Positions 37,865 through 47,862 are shown, numbered from the stretch's first letter. The stretch is 64,000 nt of DNA from an uncultured Gemmatimonadales bacterium (GCA_963716255.1 OY970303.1:1344001-1408000), one strand, 5' to 3'. Program-made: numbers and translations. Notes: generated by a model not told the origin, from the letters alone.

Positions 37865-39592
37865 TCAGTACCACTTCACCAGATCGATCCCGGTATAGAA
37901 GTGCCTGAGGATCTGGTCGAAGGTCCTGCCGTCCTCGGCCAGGCCGACCGCGCCCACCTGCGACATCCCAACCCCGTGCCCGAACCCGCCGCCGTACACC
38001 GCGTACCCCAGGAGCTCGTTCGTCCCCCTGTCCCGCAGCGGCTCGACGAAGAACAGCGTGCTCAGCAGGTTGGTGGGAGCGCCGCTGGCGTCGATGAACC
38101 GGAGCGACGAGCGGATCCGGTCCCTGGTGTCGGTGAAGGTCCCCGCCTCCGTCACGTACTCGATCTTCAGCACGCGGCCGGACGGCCCGCGCTCCAGCAC
38201 GTTGATCGCCAGCACCCGGCCCACCGGCTGCCCGGCGTACGCCGAGACCACGGCGCTGATCTCGTCCATGGTCCAGTCGAACGACCACCGGTAGTACCGC
38301 GACCAGTCCGCCTCCAGCTCGCCCTTGCGGACGGTGCGCAGCGGGGTCAGCGCGTCCTTCTTGAAGCGCGCCAGCGTGGGCTCCTTCCAGTGGCCCCGTC
38401 CCCGGTCCGTGATGGCCACGCCGCGCAGGTAGCTGGCGGGAGCGGCCTGGTACGCCTCCTCGTTGTCGGCGGTGTGGCCGCCCGAGGTGGACGAGTACAG
38501 CGCGGTGATCAGCCGGGTCACGCCGGCGCCGTCCACGTACGTCGCCACGATCCCGGAGGTCTCGTCCACGGCGCGGTTGGAGAGCGGGTGCTCGTCCTGG
38601 AACCCGCCGTACACCTGGTCGGAGGTGGTGGGGAGCAGGTCGTAGCCCTCGCCGGCGCGCTTGCCCAGCCCGGTGATGGCGTAGGTGCGCGCCGCGACGG
38701 CCTGCGCCTTGAGCGCCTCCAGCTCGGGGTAGGCGACGGGGCCCAGCTCGCGCGGGACGACGCCGTACAGGTACTCCTCCATGGGGAGCTCGTTGACGCC
38801 CGCCAGGGCGCCCGCGCTGCGGACCACCTCGGCCAAGCCGCGGTACTGCCGCACGGCGGCGGGGGTGCCGATGACCACCCGCCCGCTCAGCGGCCGCACC
38901 ACCACCGGGCCGCTGGACGTGACCGTGCCGCCCGCGCGGGCGATGTCGTAGCGCAGCACGCCGGTGGAGATGGTGATGGTGCGCCAGAAGGCGTCGGCGG
39001 GAACCTCGGGGACGGCGGCGCGGACCTGCGCCTTGACCGTCGCTTCCGCCGCGGTGTTGGCGGGGAGCGGGCGCTCGCCGATGTACACGCGCCAGCAGTT
39101 GCTGGTGGCGAAGAACTCGGTGAAGGTGGGGAAGCCCGCGGCGTCGCCCTTGCCCAGCAGGACGTCGCGGTTGGCGGGGGTGGTGCACGACACCTGGAGG
39201 CGCCGGGTGCTGGTGGTGACCACGCCGGAGCCCAGCGTCACGTCGAACTGCTCGGCGCTCCCCGTGAACAGCGTGGCGCCGGTGGTCCTGTTGACCGCCT
39301 GGAAGTCGCCCGTGCCGCCCACGCGCACCGTGGCTGCGCCGGTCGCCACCCCGATGCGGATGCTCTGCCCGACGGCCATGGCGGAGAAGGCATCGCCCGT
39401 CTCGCCGGGCCCGTCCTCGCTGGTGGTCAGGTCCACGAACACCTCGCCGGTGTCCGGCTCCTCGCCCACGCTGAAGCGTCCGGCGCCCGCGGACGAGGGC
39501 GCCACGGGGTTCCGGTCCGAGCACGCCGACGCGGCCAGGGCCAGGACGAGGAGGCCCGCACGCAGCGGGGCGCGGGGGATGCGGTGGCGCAT
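37865..39592 (-). CDS. SpoIID/LytB domain lipoprotein (lytic transglycosylase-like)
   Basis: VNELPMEEYLYGVVPRE, EALKAQAVAARTYA, DQVYGG, GFGHGVGMSQ. Confidence 0.93.
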   Translation of the reverse strand: MRHRIPRAPLRAGLLVLALAASACSDRNPVAPSSAGAGRFSVGEEPDTGEVFVDLTTSEDGPGETGDAFSAMAVGQSIRIGVATGAATVRVGGTGDFQAVNRTTGATLFTGSAEQFDVTLGSGVVTTSTRRLQVSCTTPANRDVLLGKGDAAGFPTFTEFFATSNCWRVYIGERPLPANTAAEATVKAQVRAAVPEVPADAFWRTITISTGVLRYDIARAGGTVTSSGPVVVRPLSGRVVIGTPAAVRQYRGLAEVVRSAGALAGVNELPMEEYLYGVVPRELGPVAYPELEALKAQAVAARTYAITGLGKRAGEGYDLLPTTSDQVYGGFQDEHPLSNRAVDETSGIVATYVDGAGVTRLITALYSSTSGGHTADNEEAYQAAPASYLRGVAITDRGRGHWKEPTLARFKKDALTPLRTVRKGELEADWSRYYRWSFDWTMDEISAVVSAYAGQPVGRVLAINVLERGPSGRVLKIEYVTEAGTFTDTRDRIRSSLRFIDASGAPTNLLSTLFFVEPLRDRGTNELLGYAVYGGGFGHGVGMSQVGAVGLAEDGRTFDQILRHFYTGIDLVKWY

Positions 39593-39742
39593 GCAACTCT
39601 CCGGGTGGGGGTGGCGGAAAACCCGACAGGCAATGCTGGAGGCCCGGGATGTTGGCCCTGAAACGTGTGTTTGTCAAGCGTTCGCGGGCTCCGCCGGCCG
39701 CGCCGTGCCCGTGCGTCCGGCAGTCACGGGCGCACGCCGCCC

Positions 39743-39771
39743 TTGTCAATCCGTAACCCGTCGGTTACGTT
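39743..39771 (+). promoter_or_regulatory. Promoter with overlapping palindromic operator for ArsR-SRPBCC operon
   Basis: TTGTCA-17-TACGTT; CGTAACC-N4-GGTTACG at 39752-39769; ATG 6 bp after the -10. Confidence 0.7.
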
Positions 39772-39777
39772 TTCCGC

Positions 39778-40125
39778 ATGGACGTCCCCGCCGCCATCGC
39801 CGACCCGGTACGCCGGGAGATCATGATGCTGCTCCGCGAGCGCACGATGACCGCCGGGGAGATCGCAGACTGCTTCCACATCAGCAGGCCCGCCGTGAGC
39901 CGGCACCTGCGCGTGCTCCGCGAGTGCGGGCTGGTTGTCGACGAGGTCCGGGGGCGCGAGCGACTTTACCGGCTCGACACGGCCCCGCTGGCGCCGCTGG
40001 AGGCGTGGCTGGCGCAGCTCCACGACCGCTGGTCCGGTCCCCTGGACGCCCTGGAGACCGAGGTGTACCGCACCCGGCGCGAGCGCCGCGCCTCCCCTTC
40101 CCCTCTCCAGGAGAAAACCGCATGA
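39778..40125 (+). CDS. ArsR/SmtB family regulator
   Basis: AIADPVRREI..ISRPAVSRHLRVLRECGLV..GRERLYRL. Confidence 0.92.
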   Translation: MDVPAAIADPVRREIMMLLRERTMTAGEIADCFHISRPAVSRHLRVLRECGLVVDEVRGRERLYRLDTAPLAPLEAWLAQLHDRWSGPLDALETEVYRTRRERRASPSPLQEKTA

Positions 40126-40637
40126 GCCCTACGCCATCCGGCCGCCTGCTCCGCACCCCCCAGGGCCGCGACCTCGAGGTCGTCCGCACCTTCCGCGCGC
40201 CCATCGAGGACGTGTGGGCCAGCATCACCGAATCGGAGCGCACGGCCCGCTGGTTCGGCTCGTGGACCGGGGAGCCCGGCCCCGGCCGCACCATCCAGAT
40301 GACCATGGGTTTCGAGGAGGGGACGACCCCCACGGACGTGACCATCGAGGCGTGCGAGCCCCCGCGGCACCTGGCCCTGCGCACGCACAGCACGTACGGG
40401 AGCTGGCACATGGAGGCGCACCTCGCCGAGTCCGGCGGCGTGACCGAGATGCGGTTCGTCCACCACCTGGGCGACGGGGACAAGGTGGGCGACGTGGGCC
40501 CGGGGTGGGAGTACTACCTGGACATGCTGGTGGCCTCCCGCGACGGCGCCCCGCTGCCCAGGTGGGACGACTACTACCCGGCGCAGAAGGAGTACTTCCT
40601 GGCGCAGGAGGCGGAGGGAGAGGGGGCGCCGGGCTGA
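40122..40637 (+). CDS. SRPBCC/AHSA1 family protein
   Basis: RTFRAPIEDVWASIT, CEPPRHL, GPGWEYYLD; ATGA coupling. Confidence 0.9.
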   Translation: MSPTPSGRLLRTPQGRDLEVVRTFRAPIEDVWASITESERTARWFGSWTGEPGPGRTIQMTMGFEEGTTPTDVTIEACEPPRHLALRTHSTYGSWHMEAHLAESGGVTEMRFVHHLGDGDKVGDVGPGWEYYLDMLVASRDGAPLPRWDDYYPAQKEYFLAQEAEGEGAPG

Positions 40638-40667
40638 CCGACGGGCGTCGTACGCCAGGTGAAACAC

Positions 40668-40702
40668 AGGGCCCGCGGCCGGTCAGGCCGCGGGCCCTTT
40701 TG
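40668..40702. terminator. Rho-independent terminator
   Basis: AGGGCCCGCGGCC-GGTCA-GGCCGCGGGCCCTTTT. Confidence 0.75.
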
Positions 40703-40729
40703 CGTTCGCGGCTCCCCGGCCCGTCCCGG

Positions 40730-41695
40730 TCAGGCGGCCGGGGCCGCCGCGCGGGCCGGCAGGTGGTCGCGCCTCACCACCTCGGCGAGGGTGGTGAGGG
40801 GGATGGTGGGGTAGCGCCGGCCGCGCTCCGTGCCGTCGAACGCCATGCCGAAAGTGTCCATCACGACGCCCGCCTGGATCTGGCGGGCGAGGCCCGGATG
40901 GAACGGGCGCATCAGCACCGAGGCGAGCCGCATCACCGGGAGCGGCACGTGGCGCGTCGTGCCGCGCCTGCCCGTTTCCCGCTCGAACGTCGCGACGACT
41001 TCGCGGAAGGTGAGGTTCTCCGGCCCGCCGACGTCCACCGTGGCGCCGCGCATGGCCGGGTCCGTGACCGCCAGCTCCACGAACGCCGCGACGTCGTGCG
41101 CCGACACGAAGTTGAGCGGGTTCCGTCCGCGCCCGAAGAGGGTCGTCTTCCCGGTCCTGAGCAGCGGCTCGCCCACCAGCATCGCCCACGTCTCCATGAA
41201 GGCGCTCGCACGCAGGATGGTCCACGCCAGCCCGCTGGCCCTGAGGGCCTCCTCGGCGCGCAGCTTCATGCGGTACAGCTCCATGGGGTGGTCGGCCGCC
41301 GCGCCCTGCGCCGACAGGAGCACCACGTGCTCGGCGCCCGCCGCGGCGGCGGCACGGACCAGGTTGAGGTTGCCGCGCCAGTCCACCGCCTGAGGGCCGG
41401 CCGCGTCCGGCCCGACGAACCCATGCACTGCCGAGACCACGGTGCGGACGCCCGCGGCCGCCCGGGCCACCGCCTCCGGGTCCCGCACGTCGCCCACCGC
41501 GATCTCCACCCCGGCGCTCTCCAGAGGCCGGGCGCGGGCGGGGTCGCGCGTGAGCACGCGGACCCGCAGCCCGCGCGCCGCGAGCCGGGCGACGACCTGC
41601 CGCCCGAGCGTGCCCGTGCCTCCCGCGACGAGGACCACCGGTGCGTCGGCGGGCGCGTCCGGCAGCGCCGCGGGGCCTGCGCCGGTTTCTGGCAT
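40730..41695 (-). CDS. NAD(P)H-binding atypical SDR (NmrA-like)
   Basis: VLVAGGTGTLG, YRMKLRAEEALRASGLAWTILR. Confidence 0.88.
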   Translation of the reverse strand: MPETGAGPAALPDAPADAPVVLVAGGTGTLGRQVVARLAARGLRVRVLTRDPARARPLESAGVEIAVGDVRDPEAVARAAAGVRTVVSAVHGFVGPDAAGPQAVDWRGNLNLVRAAAAAGAEHVVLLSAQGAAADHPMELYRMKLRAEEALRASGLAWTILRASAFMETWAMLVGEPLLRTGKTTLFGRGRNPLNFVSAHDVAAFVELAVTDPAMRGATVDVGGPENLTFREVVATFERETGRRGTTRHVPLPVMRLASVLMRPFHPGLARQIQAGVVMDTFGMAFDGTERGRRYPTIPLTTLAEVVRRDHLPARAAAPAA

Positions 41696-42079
41696 GCGGG
41701 TCTCCTGGGCGCGGCCGCGCCGGATCAGGGGAAGGACGGCGTGGGAAGGGAACGCGAAACGGGAAGCGGCGCTCCTCCGCCGCGGACGTGCGGAACGCCG
41801 TCCCGCACGATGCGGCCGGGAGCATCGCGGGGCAAGCTTCGCGGCGGCGCCGCTGGACGCGCCGGTCGCCCGCGGCCTTTCCACCTGGGAGGCGGCGGCA
41901 CGACGGGCGCGTGCTTTCTCCGCCTGAGACCGCCTGTGTCGACGCACGTAAGAGCTAGGGAGAGCACTGCAGGAGACGGAGGGCCTGCCGTCTTCGACCA
42001 CGGATTTGAGGATCCGTGGCCCCTTGCCCCTCCCTCGCTGGAATCCGGGGCGGAGCCGGCGCACGCCGCCCCGCCTCCC

Positions 42080-42742
42080 TCAGCGCCGCTTCTCCATGCT
42101 GTAGGCGGTGAACTCGATGGGCGTGCGGTCCGGCTCGCTCCGGTACAGCCGCAGCAGGTCCCGGCGGCGCTCCAGCTCCGGCGCGTCCACCCCGGGCTGC
42201 TCGATGAGCCGGCACAGGTCCGCCTCCACCCCCTCCCGCGTGTCGTTCCTGAAGCACAGCAGCGTCAGGCCGCTGAACGGGAACCGGTCGAAGTTCGCCA
42301 CCAGCCAGTCGCGCAGCGCCGGGCCGTGGCGCATGTGGAACATGATGGTCCGGTCGATCCCGCGCACCGGGTACTGCGGGAACGCCGCCGAGTGCATCAG
42401 CGCCGAGGCGAAGTTGTTGAGGATCAGCTCCGCCATGGCCCGCACCTCGTCCGGCGACGCCGCGTCGCCGGGCCGCCACACCGCGTCCTCGTAGAAGTAC
42501 GGCCGCAGGTAGGGGCGCTCGACGAAGAGCCGCACGTGCTCCGACGTTTCCGTGATCGCCCGCTGGATCAGCTGCAGGTCCGGCTGCTGCTTGGCGATCT
42601 CCAGGTGCCGCACCGCCGTCTCGATCTGCTCCTTGGCGATGTGCAGCTGCCGGGTGAACACCGAGAAGTTGAGCAGACCCACCCCCACCAGCAGCAGCGT
42701 CCCGAGGATGCCCAGCACTCCGATCCACGCTTCGATCGACAT
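42080..42742 (-). CDS. Membrane-anchored hypothetical protein
   Basis: N-terminal TM helix, coiled coil, RPYLRPYFYE. Confidence 0.7.
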   Translation of the reverse strand: MSIEAWIGVLGILGTLLLVGVGLLNFSVFTRQLHIAKEQIETAVRHLEIAKQQPDLQLIQRAITETSEHVRLFVERPYLRPYFYEDAVWRPGDAASPDEVRAMAELILNNFASALMHSAAFPQYPVRGIDRTIMFHMRHGPALRDWLVANFDRFPFSGLTLLCFRNDTREGVEADLCRLIEQPGVDAPELERRRDLLRLYRSEPDRTPIEFTAYSMEKRR

Positions 42743-42969
42743 CTCCGTATCCGCCTCCGGCGGTCCCGCGCGGGGCCGCCTCCGTCCGTGAAAGAAAAAG
42801 TCCGCGGCGGCGCACCGGGCGCCGCCGCGGGGTCCAGCCCGACTCCGGAGTCGTGACGTACCTCCCAGGACAGCGTGGGTTCCGCCCCGCTGGTACGACA
42901 ATCGCGGCTCGTCCGCCCTCCGCCGGGACCGGGACCGCGGGCAACCGTCAGGGAACACGGAGGGGGAAG

Positions 42970-43755
42970 ATGCAGCTTCGGGACAGGGTCGCGCTCGTGA
43001 CCGGCGCGGGGTCGGGGATCGGCAAGGCCAGCGCCGTGCTCCTGGCGAAGGAGGGCGCCAGGGTCGCCGCGCTCAGCCGCACCCGCGAGGAGCTGGAAAA
43101 GACCGTGAAGGAGATCGAGGACGCAGGCGGCGAGGGGCTGGTGGTGGTCGCCGACACCTCGAAGCCCGGGGAGGTGGAGGACGCAGTCCGCCAGGTGACG
43201 GACCGGTGGGGGCGGCTGGACATCGTCTTCGCCAACGCGGGCGTCAACGGCGTGTGGGCGCCCATCGAGGAGCTGGAGGTGGACGAGTGGCGGCAGACCG
43301 TCGACATCAACCTCACCGGCACCTTCCTGACGCTCAAGTACTCCATGCCGCACCTCAAGGAGCGCGGCGGCTCCGTCATCGTCAACGCCTCGGTGAACGG
43401 CACCCGCGTCTTCAGCAACTCCGGCGCGACCGCGTACGCAAGCACCAAGGCGGCGCAGGTGGCCATGACCAAGATGCTGGCGCTGGAGGTGGCGCGCCAC
43501 AGGGTGCGCGTCAACGTGATCTGCCCGGGCGCCATCGACACCGAGATCGGCGACAACACCGAGCGGCGCGACCTGGACGGGATCGGCGTGCCGCAGGAAT
43601 TCCCCGAGGGGCCGCACCCCCTCGCGGGCAAGCCGGGGAGTTCGCAGGAGGTGGCACAGCTAGTGCTGTTCCTGGCCTCCGATGCCTCCCGCCACGTCAC
43701 CGGCACGGAGATCTGGATCGACGGCGGGGAGTCGCTGCTCGGGCTCAAGGGGTGA
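42970..43755 (+). CDS. SDR family oxidoreductase
   Basis: TGAGSGIG, NAG, YASTK, NVICPG. Confidence 0.95.
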   Translation: MQLRDRVALVTGAGSGIGKASAVLLAKEGARVAALSRTREELEKTVKEIEDAGGEGLVVVADTSKPGEVEDAVRQVTDRWGRLDIVFANAGVNGVWAPIEELEVDEWRQTVDINLTGTFLTLKYSMPHLKERGGSVIVNASVNGTRVFSNSGATAYASTKAAQVAMTKMLALEVARHRVRVNVICPGAIDTEIGDNTERRDLDGIGVPQEFPEGPHPLAGKPGSSQEVAQLVLFLASDASRHVTGTEIWIDGGESLLGLKG

Positions 43756-43795
43756 GGGATCCCCCGCCACCGCACCTCACGGACGGAGCCACGCC

Positions 43796-44170
43796 ATGAA
43801 GCTCGACGACCTGATCCACCCCGGCCCCGTCAACGTGAGCAGCACGGAGCGCTGGGTCTCCGTCGCGGGCGGCGCGGCGCTGGCCGCGGGCGGCCTCGCG
43901 CGGCGCTCGCCGGGCGGCGTGCTCCTGGCGCTCCTGGGCGCTGCGCTGGTGCACCGCGGCGCCACCGGGCACTGCGCGGTGTACCGGGCCGCGGGGATGG
44001 ATACCTCGGAGTCGGCCACCGGGTGGAGCGCCGTCGACGGCGGCGAAGCGGCGGCCGGGCGCGACGCCTTCGACATCGTGGACGAGGAGGGCGACGAATC
44101 GTTCCCCGCCAGCGACCCGCCGTCGTGGAGCGGGACCACGGCGGGCTCGCCGCAGCACCCGGGCGCGTGA
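43796..44170 (+). CDS. DUF2892 (YgaP-like) membrane protein with C-terminal ESFPASDPP motif
   Basis: NVSSTERWVS...RGATGHCAVYRAAG; DIVDEEGDESFPASDPPSW. Confidence 0.8.
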   Translation: MKLDDLIHPGPVNVSSTERWVSVAGGAALAAGGLARRSPGGVLLALLGAALVHRGATGHCAVYRAAGMDTSESATGWSAVDGGEAAAGRDAFDIVDEEGDESFPASDPPSWSGTTAGSPQHPGA

Positions 44171-44210
44171 CGCGCGCCGCCCTGGACCATCGACCGGAGC
44201 GATCACCCAC

Positions 44211-44618
44211 GTGAAGATCCTGCTCGTAGCGGAGGACCGGATCCGGCTGGAGGGGAAGGCGGGGCCCATGACCATCGAGGCCGACTCGCCGGAGATGCAG
44301 TACTCCCCCTTCCACATGCTGGCCAGCAGCCTGGCGACCTGCACCCACTCGGTGCTGGCGTCGTGGGCCACCAACGCCAAGCTCCCCGTGGACGACCTGG
44401 CGGTGGAGGTGGGGTGGAGCTTCGTGGAGGAGCCGCACCGCGTGGGGAGCATGCAGGTGCACGTCGACTGGGCCTCGCTCCCCGAGGCGCGGCGCGCGGC
44501 GGCGGAGCGGGTCGCGGCGCTGTGCACCGTCAAGAAGACGCTGGAGCAGCCGCCCACGGTGTCCACCACGGTCGCGACGTCCGCCGCGGCCGCCGCCGCA
44601 CCCACGGGGTCCGCGTGA
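44211..44618 (+). CDS. OsmC family protein
   Basis: SPFHMLASSLATCT...LCTVKKTL Cys pair. Confidence 0.82.
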   Translation: MKILLVAEDRIRLEGKAGPMTIEADSPEMQYSPFHMLASSLATCTHSVLASWATNAKLPVDDLAVEVGWSFVEEPHRVGSMQVHVDWASLPEARRAAAERVAALCTVKKTLEQPPTVSTTVATSAAAAAAPTGSA

Positions 44619-45073
44619 GCTTCCCGGTGGTGCACTTCGTCTACGGCGGGCAGCAGGCATCCGCCGCGGCGGGGACGGGGCGCCCGTACACCGTGGTGTA
44701 CGACGGCGTCTGCAAGGTGTGCGGCCGGCTGGTGGCGCTGCTGCGCAGGTGGGACACACGGGGGATGCTGGAGATCGTCCCCTTCCAGAACACCTCGGTG
44801 CTGGACCGCTTCCCCTGGATCCCCCCGGAGGCCTACGCCGAGGCGGTGCAGCTGGTGGGGCCGGGCGGGCGGACCTGGCAGGGCGCCGGCGCCATCGAGC
44901 AGCTGCTGGAGGTGCTGCCGCGCGGCGGGCTGCTGGGGTGGGTGTTCAGCGTGCCCTTCGTGGGCGGGCTGATCGACCGGTTCTACCGCTGGTTCGCCCG
45001 GAACCGCTACCACTTCGGCTGCGGCGAGCACTGTGCTTCGCGTCCTCTGAAGGTGGATTTCGGCGACGGCTGA
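44615..45073 (+). CDS. DCC1/DUF393 thiol-disulfide oxidoreductase family protein
   Basis: VVYDGVCKVC, YRWFARNRY; GTGA coupling. Confidence 0.88.
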   Translation: MSFPVVHFVYGGQQASAAAGTGRPYTVVYDGVCKVCGRLVALLRRWDTRGMLEIVPFQNTSVLDRFPWIPPEAYAEAVQLVGPGGRTWQGAGAIEQLLEVLPRGGLLGWVFSVPFVGGLIDRFYRWFARNRYHFGCGEHCASRPLKVDFGDG

Positions 45074-45171
45074 GGGGCGGCGGGACGGCGTTCGTGGCGG
45101 AGCGGGGTCGAGTGCGTCTCGGCTCCGCTTTTTCGTTCGGCGACGGAAAAGCTTGGCGAACGGCGGGGTTC

Positions 45172-45304
45172 GGGCGTGCCCCCGGCTGGCGCCGGGGTCG
45201 GGCTTCGGCTCCGTAGCAAACGATACTACCGTTTGCAACGGAGTCGAGCCCCCGCGGAAACAGCCCCGCGGGGTCTCGCCCCTTCGGGCCGTAATCCCTC
45301 ACGC
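45172..45304 (+). repeat. Family A structured repeat, copy 8
   Basis: First hairpin like copy 3, second stem CCCCGCGG/CCGCGGGG. Confidence 0.95.
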
Positions 45305-45339
45305 AACCGCTTGCCCACACTCAGGATCCAGCAGTTGCC

Positions 45340-45423
45340 ACCTATCCCGGAATGGCGCTTCACGCTTCGCGTGAACCGGATGAAGGGAGAGGGTGGCGGC
45401 TCGGAGGCCGCCGGGTGAGGGCC
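45340..45423 (-). repeat. Family D REP-like element (reverse)
   Basis: Reverse complement of the 21053-21140 core. Confidence 0.75.
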
Positions 45424-45533
45424 AGCCGCGCCGCCACCGGCGCGGGCGGCGAGCCCCGATGTAATTTCCGGCCTCGGCCGGCTACCAATCCATTCGAGCG
45501 ACCTACGCACCCCCCGATCCGCCCGGGAGCCGA

Positions 45534-46009
45534 GTGACCGACGAGGAGACGCTGCTCGCCATGCTCACGACCCACGGGGCCGCCCTGCGGCGGATCGCGC
45601 GGGTCCATGCCGGCGCCCACGGCGAGGAGGACGACCTCCACCAGGAGATCCTCCTCCAGCTCTGGCGGGGGCTCCCCGCGTTCCGGGGCGACTCGGCGCC
45701 GGGGACCTGGCTGTACCGGGTGGCCCTCAACACCGCCCTGACCTGGCGCCGCCGGACCACCCGCCGCGTCCGCGACGACGCGGCGGGGGGGACCGCCCGG
45801 CGGCGAGCACCGGCGCGCCGCGCAGCGAGGAAGCGATCCTCGCCGAATTCCTGGGCTCGCTGGGGGCCGCCGACCGCTCGGTACTCCTCCTCCACATGGA
45901 GGGGCTCCCGTACCCGGAGATCGCGGAAGTGGTGGGATCGAGCGCGGGCGCGGTGGGCGTGCGCCTGCACCGCATCAAGAAGACGTTCACGAAGCGCTAC
46001 GTGGAGTGA
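45534..46009 (+). pseudogene. ECF RNA polymerase sigma factor, frameshifted at G7 tract 45785-45791
   Basis: Region 2 (DDLHQEILLQLW, TWLYRVALN) in one frame; region 4 (LLLHMEGLPYPEIAEVVGSSAGAVGVRLHRIKK*) in the -1 frame ending 46009. Confidence 0.82.
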
Positions 46010-46016
46010 CGGGCCC

Positions 46017-46646
46017 ATGAACTTCGACCAGCTGGGAGAGGTCTGGCGGCGGGAGGCCGGCGGACCGCCCGCGCGGAGCCCGGCGGAGGAGGTGGCGGCC
46101 GTGCGCGCCAGGGCCGCGGAGCTCGCTCGCGTCGTGCGCCGCAGGGACCTCCTGGAGACCGGGACGGCGCTCGCCATGCTCCCGCTCTTCGCCTGGAGGG
46201 CGGCGACGGCGCAGGACCCGCTCTCCGCCGTTGGAGCGGCGATCATCGCCGCGGCGTGCATGCTCATCCCCGTCCGGCTGTGGGCGGCCCGGCGCGGCGA
46301 CCCCGATCCCGCACGGCCGGTGGCGCTGGCCCTCCGGGCCGAGCTGGCCCGCATCCGCGCCCAGGAGCGCCTGCTGGGGAGCGTGGCGTGGTGGTACGTG
46401 GGACCCATCGCCCTCGGCCTCCTCCTGTCCACGGCCGGCGGCTCCGGGCCTCCGCTCTTCAGGGCCGCGTACGCCGCGTCGGTCGTGGCGCTCTCCGCGT
46501 GGGTCCTCCGCCTGAACCGGCGCGCCGCGCGCGAAGAGCTCGGGCCGGTGGCGGAGGAGCTGGAAGGCTGGCTCGCGAGCCTCGACGAAACCCTTTCCGA
46601 TGAACCCGATGAAACGCTTTCCGATGGAGCGTCCGATGCGCACTGA
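46017..46646 (+). CDS. Membrane protein, probable anti-sigma partner
   Basis: MNFDQLGEVWR, about 4 TM helices, directly after the ECF gene. Confidence 0.78.
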   Translation: MNFDQLGEVWRREAGGPPARSPAEEVAAVRARAAELARVVRRRDLLETGTALAMLPLFAWRAATAQDPLSAVGAAIIAAACMLIPVRLWAARRGDPDPARPVALALRAELARIRAQERLLGSVAWWYVGPIALGLLLSTAGGSGPPLFRAAYAASVVALSAWVLRLNRRAAREELGPVAEELEGWLASLDETLSDEPDETLSDGASDAH

Positions 46647-47757
46647 CCGCCGGACCGTCCTCGCGGCCGTGACGTGCCTCCTCCTCGCCGCGGCGGCTCC
46701 CGCGTCCCTCGCGGCCCAGTGGACCGCGCCGCCGGACGACAGCATCGCCCGCGTCCTGGACGGGCGCATCGAGCGCGGCGGCGCGGTGGGGCTCGTGGTG
46801 GGCGTCGTGGAGAACGGCCGGCCGCGGGTGGTCGCCGCGGGGCGGCGCGGCGGCGAGGGGTCGCCCGCGCCGGACGGGCGGACGGTGTTCGAGATCGGCT
46901 CGGTGTCCAAGCTCTTCACCACGACGCTGCTCGCCGAGATGGTGGCGCGCGGCGAGGTGGCGCTGGACGACCCGGTCCGCAGGTTCCTCCCCGACTCGGT
47001 GCGCGTTCCCTCGCGCGGCGGCCGGGAGATCACGCTGCTCGACCTGGCGACCGCCACGTCGGGGCTGCCGCGGCTTCCGCTCAACCTCCGCCCGGCGAAC
47101 CCCGCCGACCCGTACGCCGACTACGGGGAGAGCCAGCTCTACGCCTTCCTCGCCGGCTACACCCTGCCCCGGGATCCCGGCGCGGCCTACGAGTACTCCA
47201 ACCTGGGAATGGGTCTCCTGGGCCACGTGCTCGCCCTGCGGGCCGGAAAGCCGTACGAGGAGCTCGTCGCCGAGCGCATCCTGCTGCCGCTGGGCATGCG
47301 CGACACCCGCGTCGTGCCGACCCCGTCCATGCGGGGTCGGCTCGCCGCCGGCCACCGCGCCGACCTGGCGCCGGTGGGCGGCTGGAGCTTCGCGGTGCTG
47401 GCGGGCGCCGGCGGGTGGCGCTCCACCGCGGACGACATGCTGCGCTTCCTGGCCGCCCAGCTCACGCCTCCGCCCGGCCCGCTCGGCCGCGCGCTCGCCA
47501 TGGCGAGGGAGCCGCGGCGTCCCACGACGAGCCCGGAGCTGCGGATCGGACTCGGCTGGCACGTGGTGGAGCGCGACGGGCGGAGCATCGCCTGGCACAA
47601 CGGCCAGACGGCGGGCTACTACGCCTTCACCGCGCTCGATCCCGCGAGCGGAGCCAGCGTGGTCGTGCTTTCCAACACCTCCGCCGCCGTCGACGACATC
47701 GGTGGCCGCCTGCTCGCCCCGGCGCTTCCGGTGGGGAACACGCCGAAGCGGCCGTGA
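46636..47757 (+). CDS. Serine hydrolase (beta-lactamase-like, S12)
   Basis: FEIGSVSK (SxxK), YEYSN, WHNG motifs; signal peptide. Confidence 0.92.
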   Translation: MRTDRRTVLAAVTCLLLAAAAPASLAAQWTAPPDDSIARVLDGRIERGGAVGLVVGVVENGRPRVVAAGRRGGEGSPAPDGRTVFEIGSVSKLFTTTLLAEMVARGEVALDDPVRRFLPDSVRVPSRGGREITLLDLATATSGLPRLPLNLRPANPADPYADYGESQLYAFLAGYTLPRDPGAAYEYSNLGMGLLGHVLALRAGKPYEELVAERILLPLGMRDTRVVPTPSMRGRLAAGHRADLAPVGGWSFAVLAGAGGWRSTADDMLRFLAAQLTPPPGPLGRALAMAREPRRPTTSPELRIGLGWHVVERDGRSIAWHNGQTAGYYAFTALDPASGASVVVLSNTSAAVDDIGGRLLAPALPVGNTPKRP

Positions 47758-47862
47758 CGGAACGGCTGCCGGCACCGCGCCGCCGGCAGCCAGCATTCTA
47801 CAAACGTTCCGCAGAGCTGATGTTCGGGTTATATTCGGCGGCACCCGAGCGCAAGGAGCGGC

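Noticed and set aside
37865..39592. SpoIID domain as evidence of sporulation
   Set aside because: SpoIID/LytB domains are common in non-sporulating diderm bacteria; here it is a lipoprotein.
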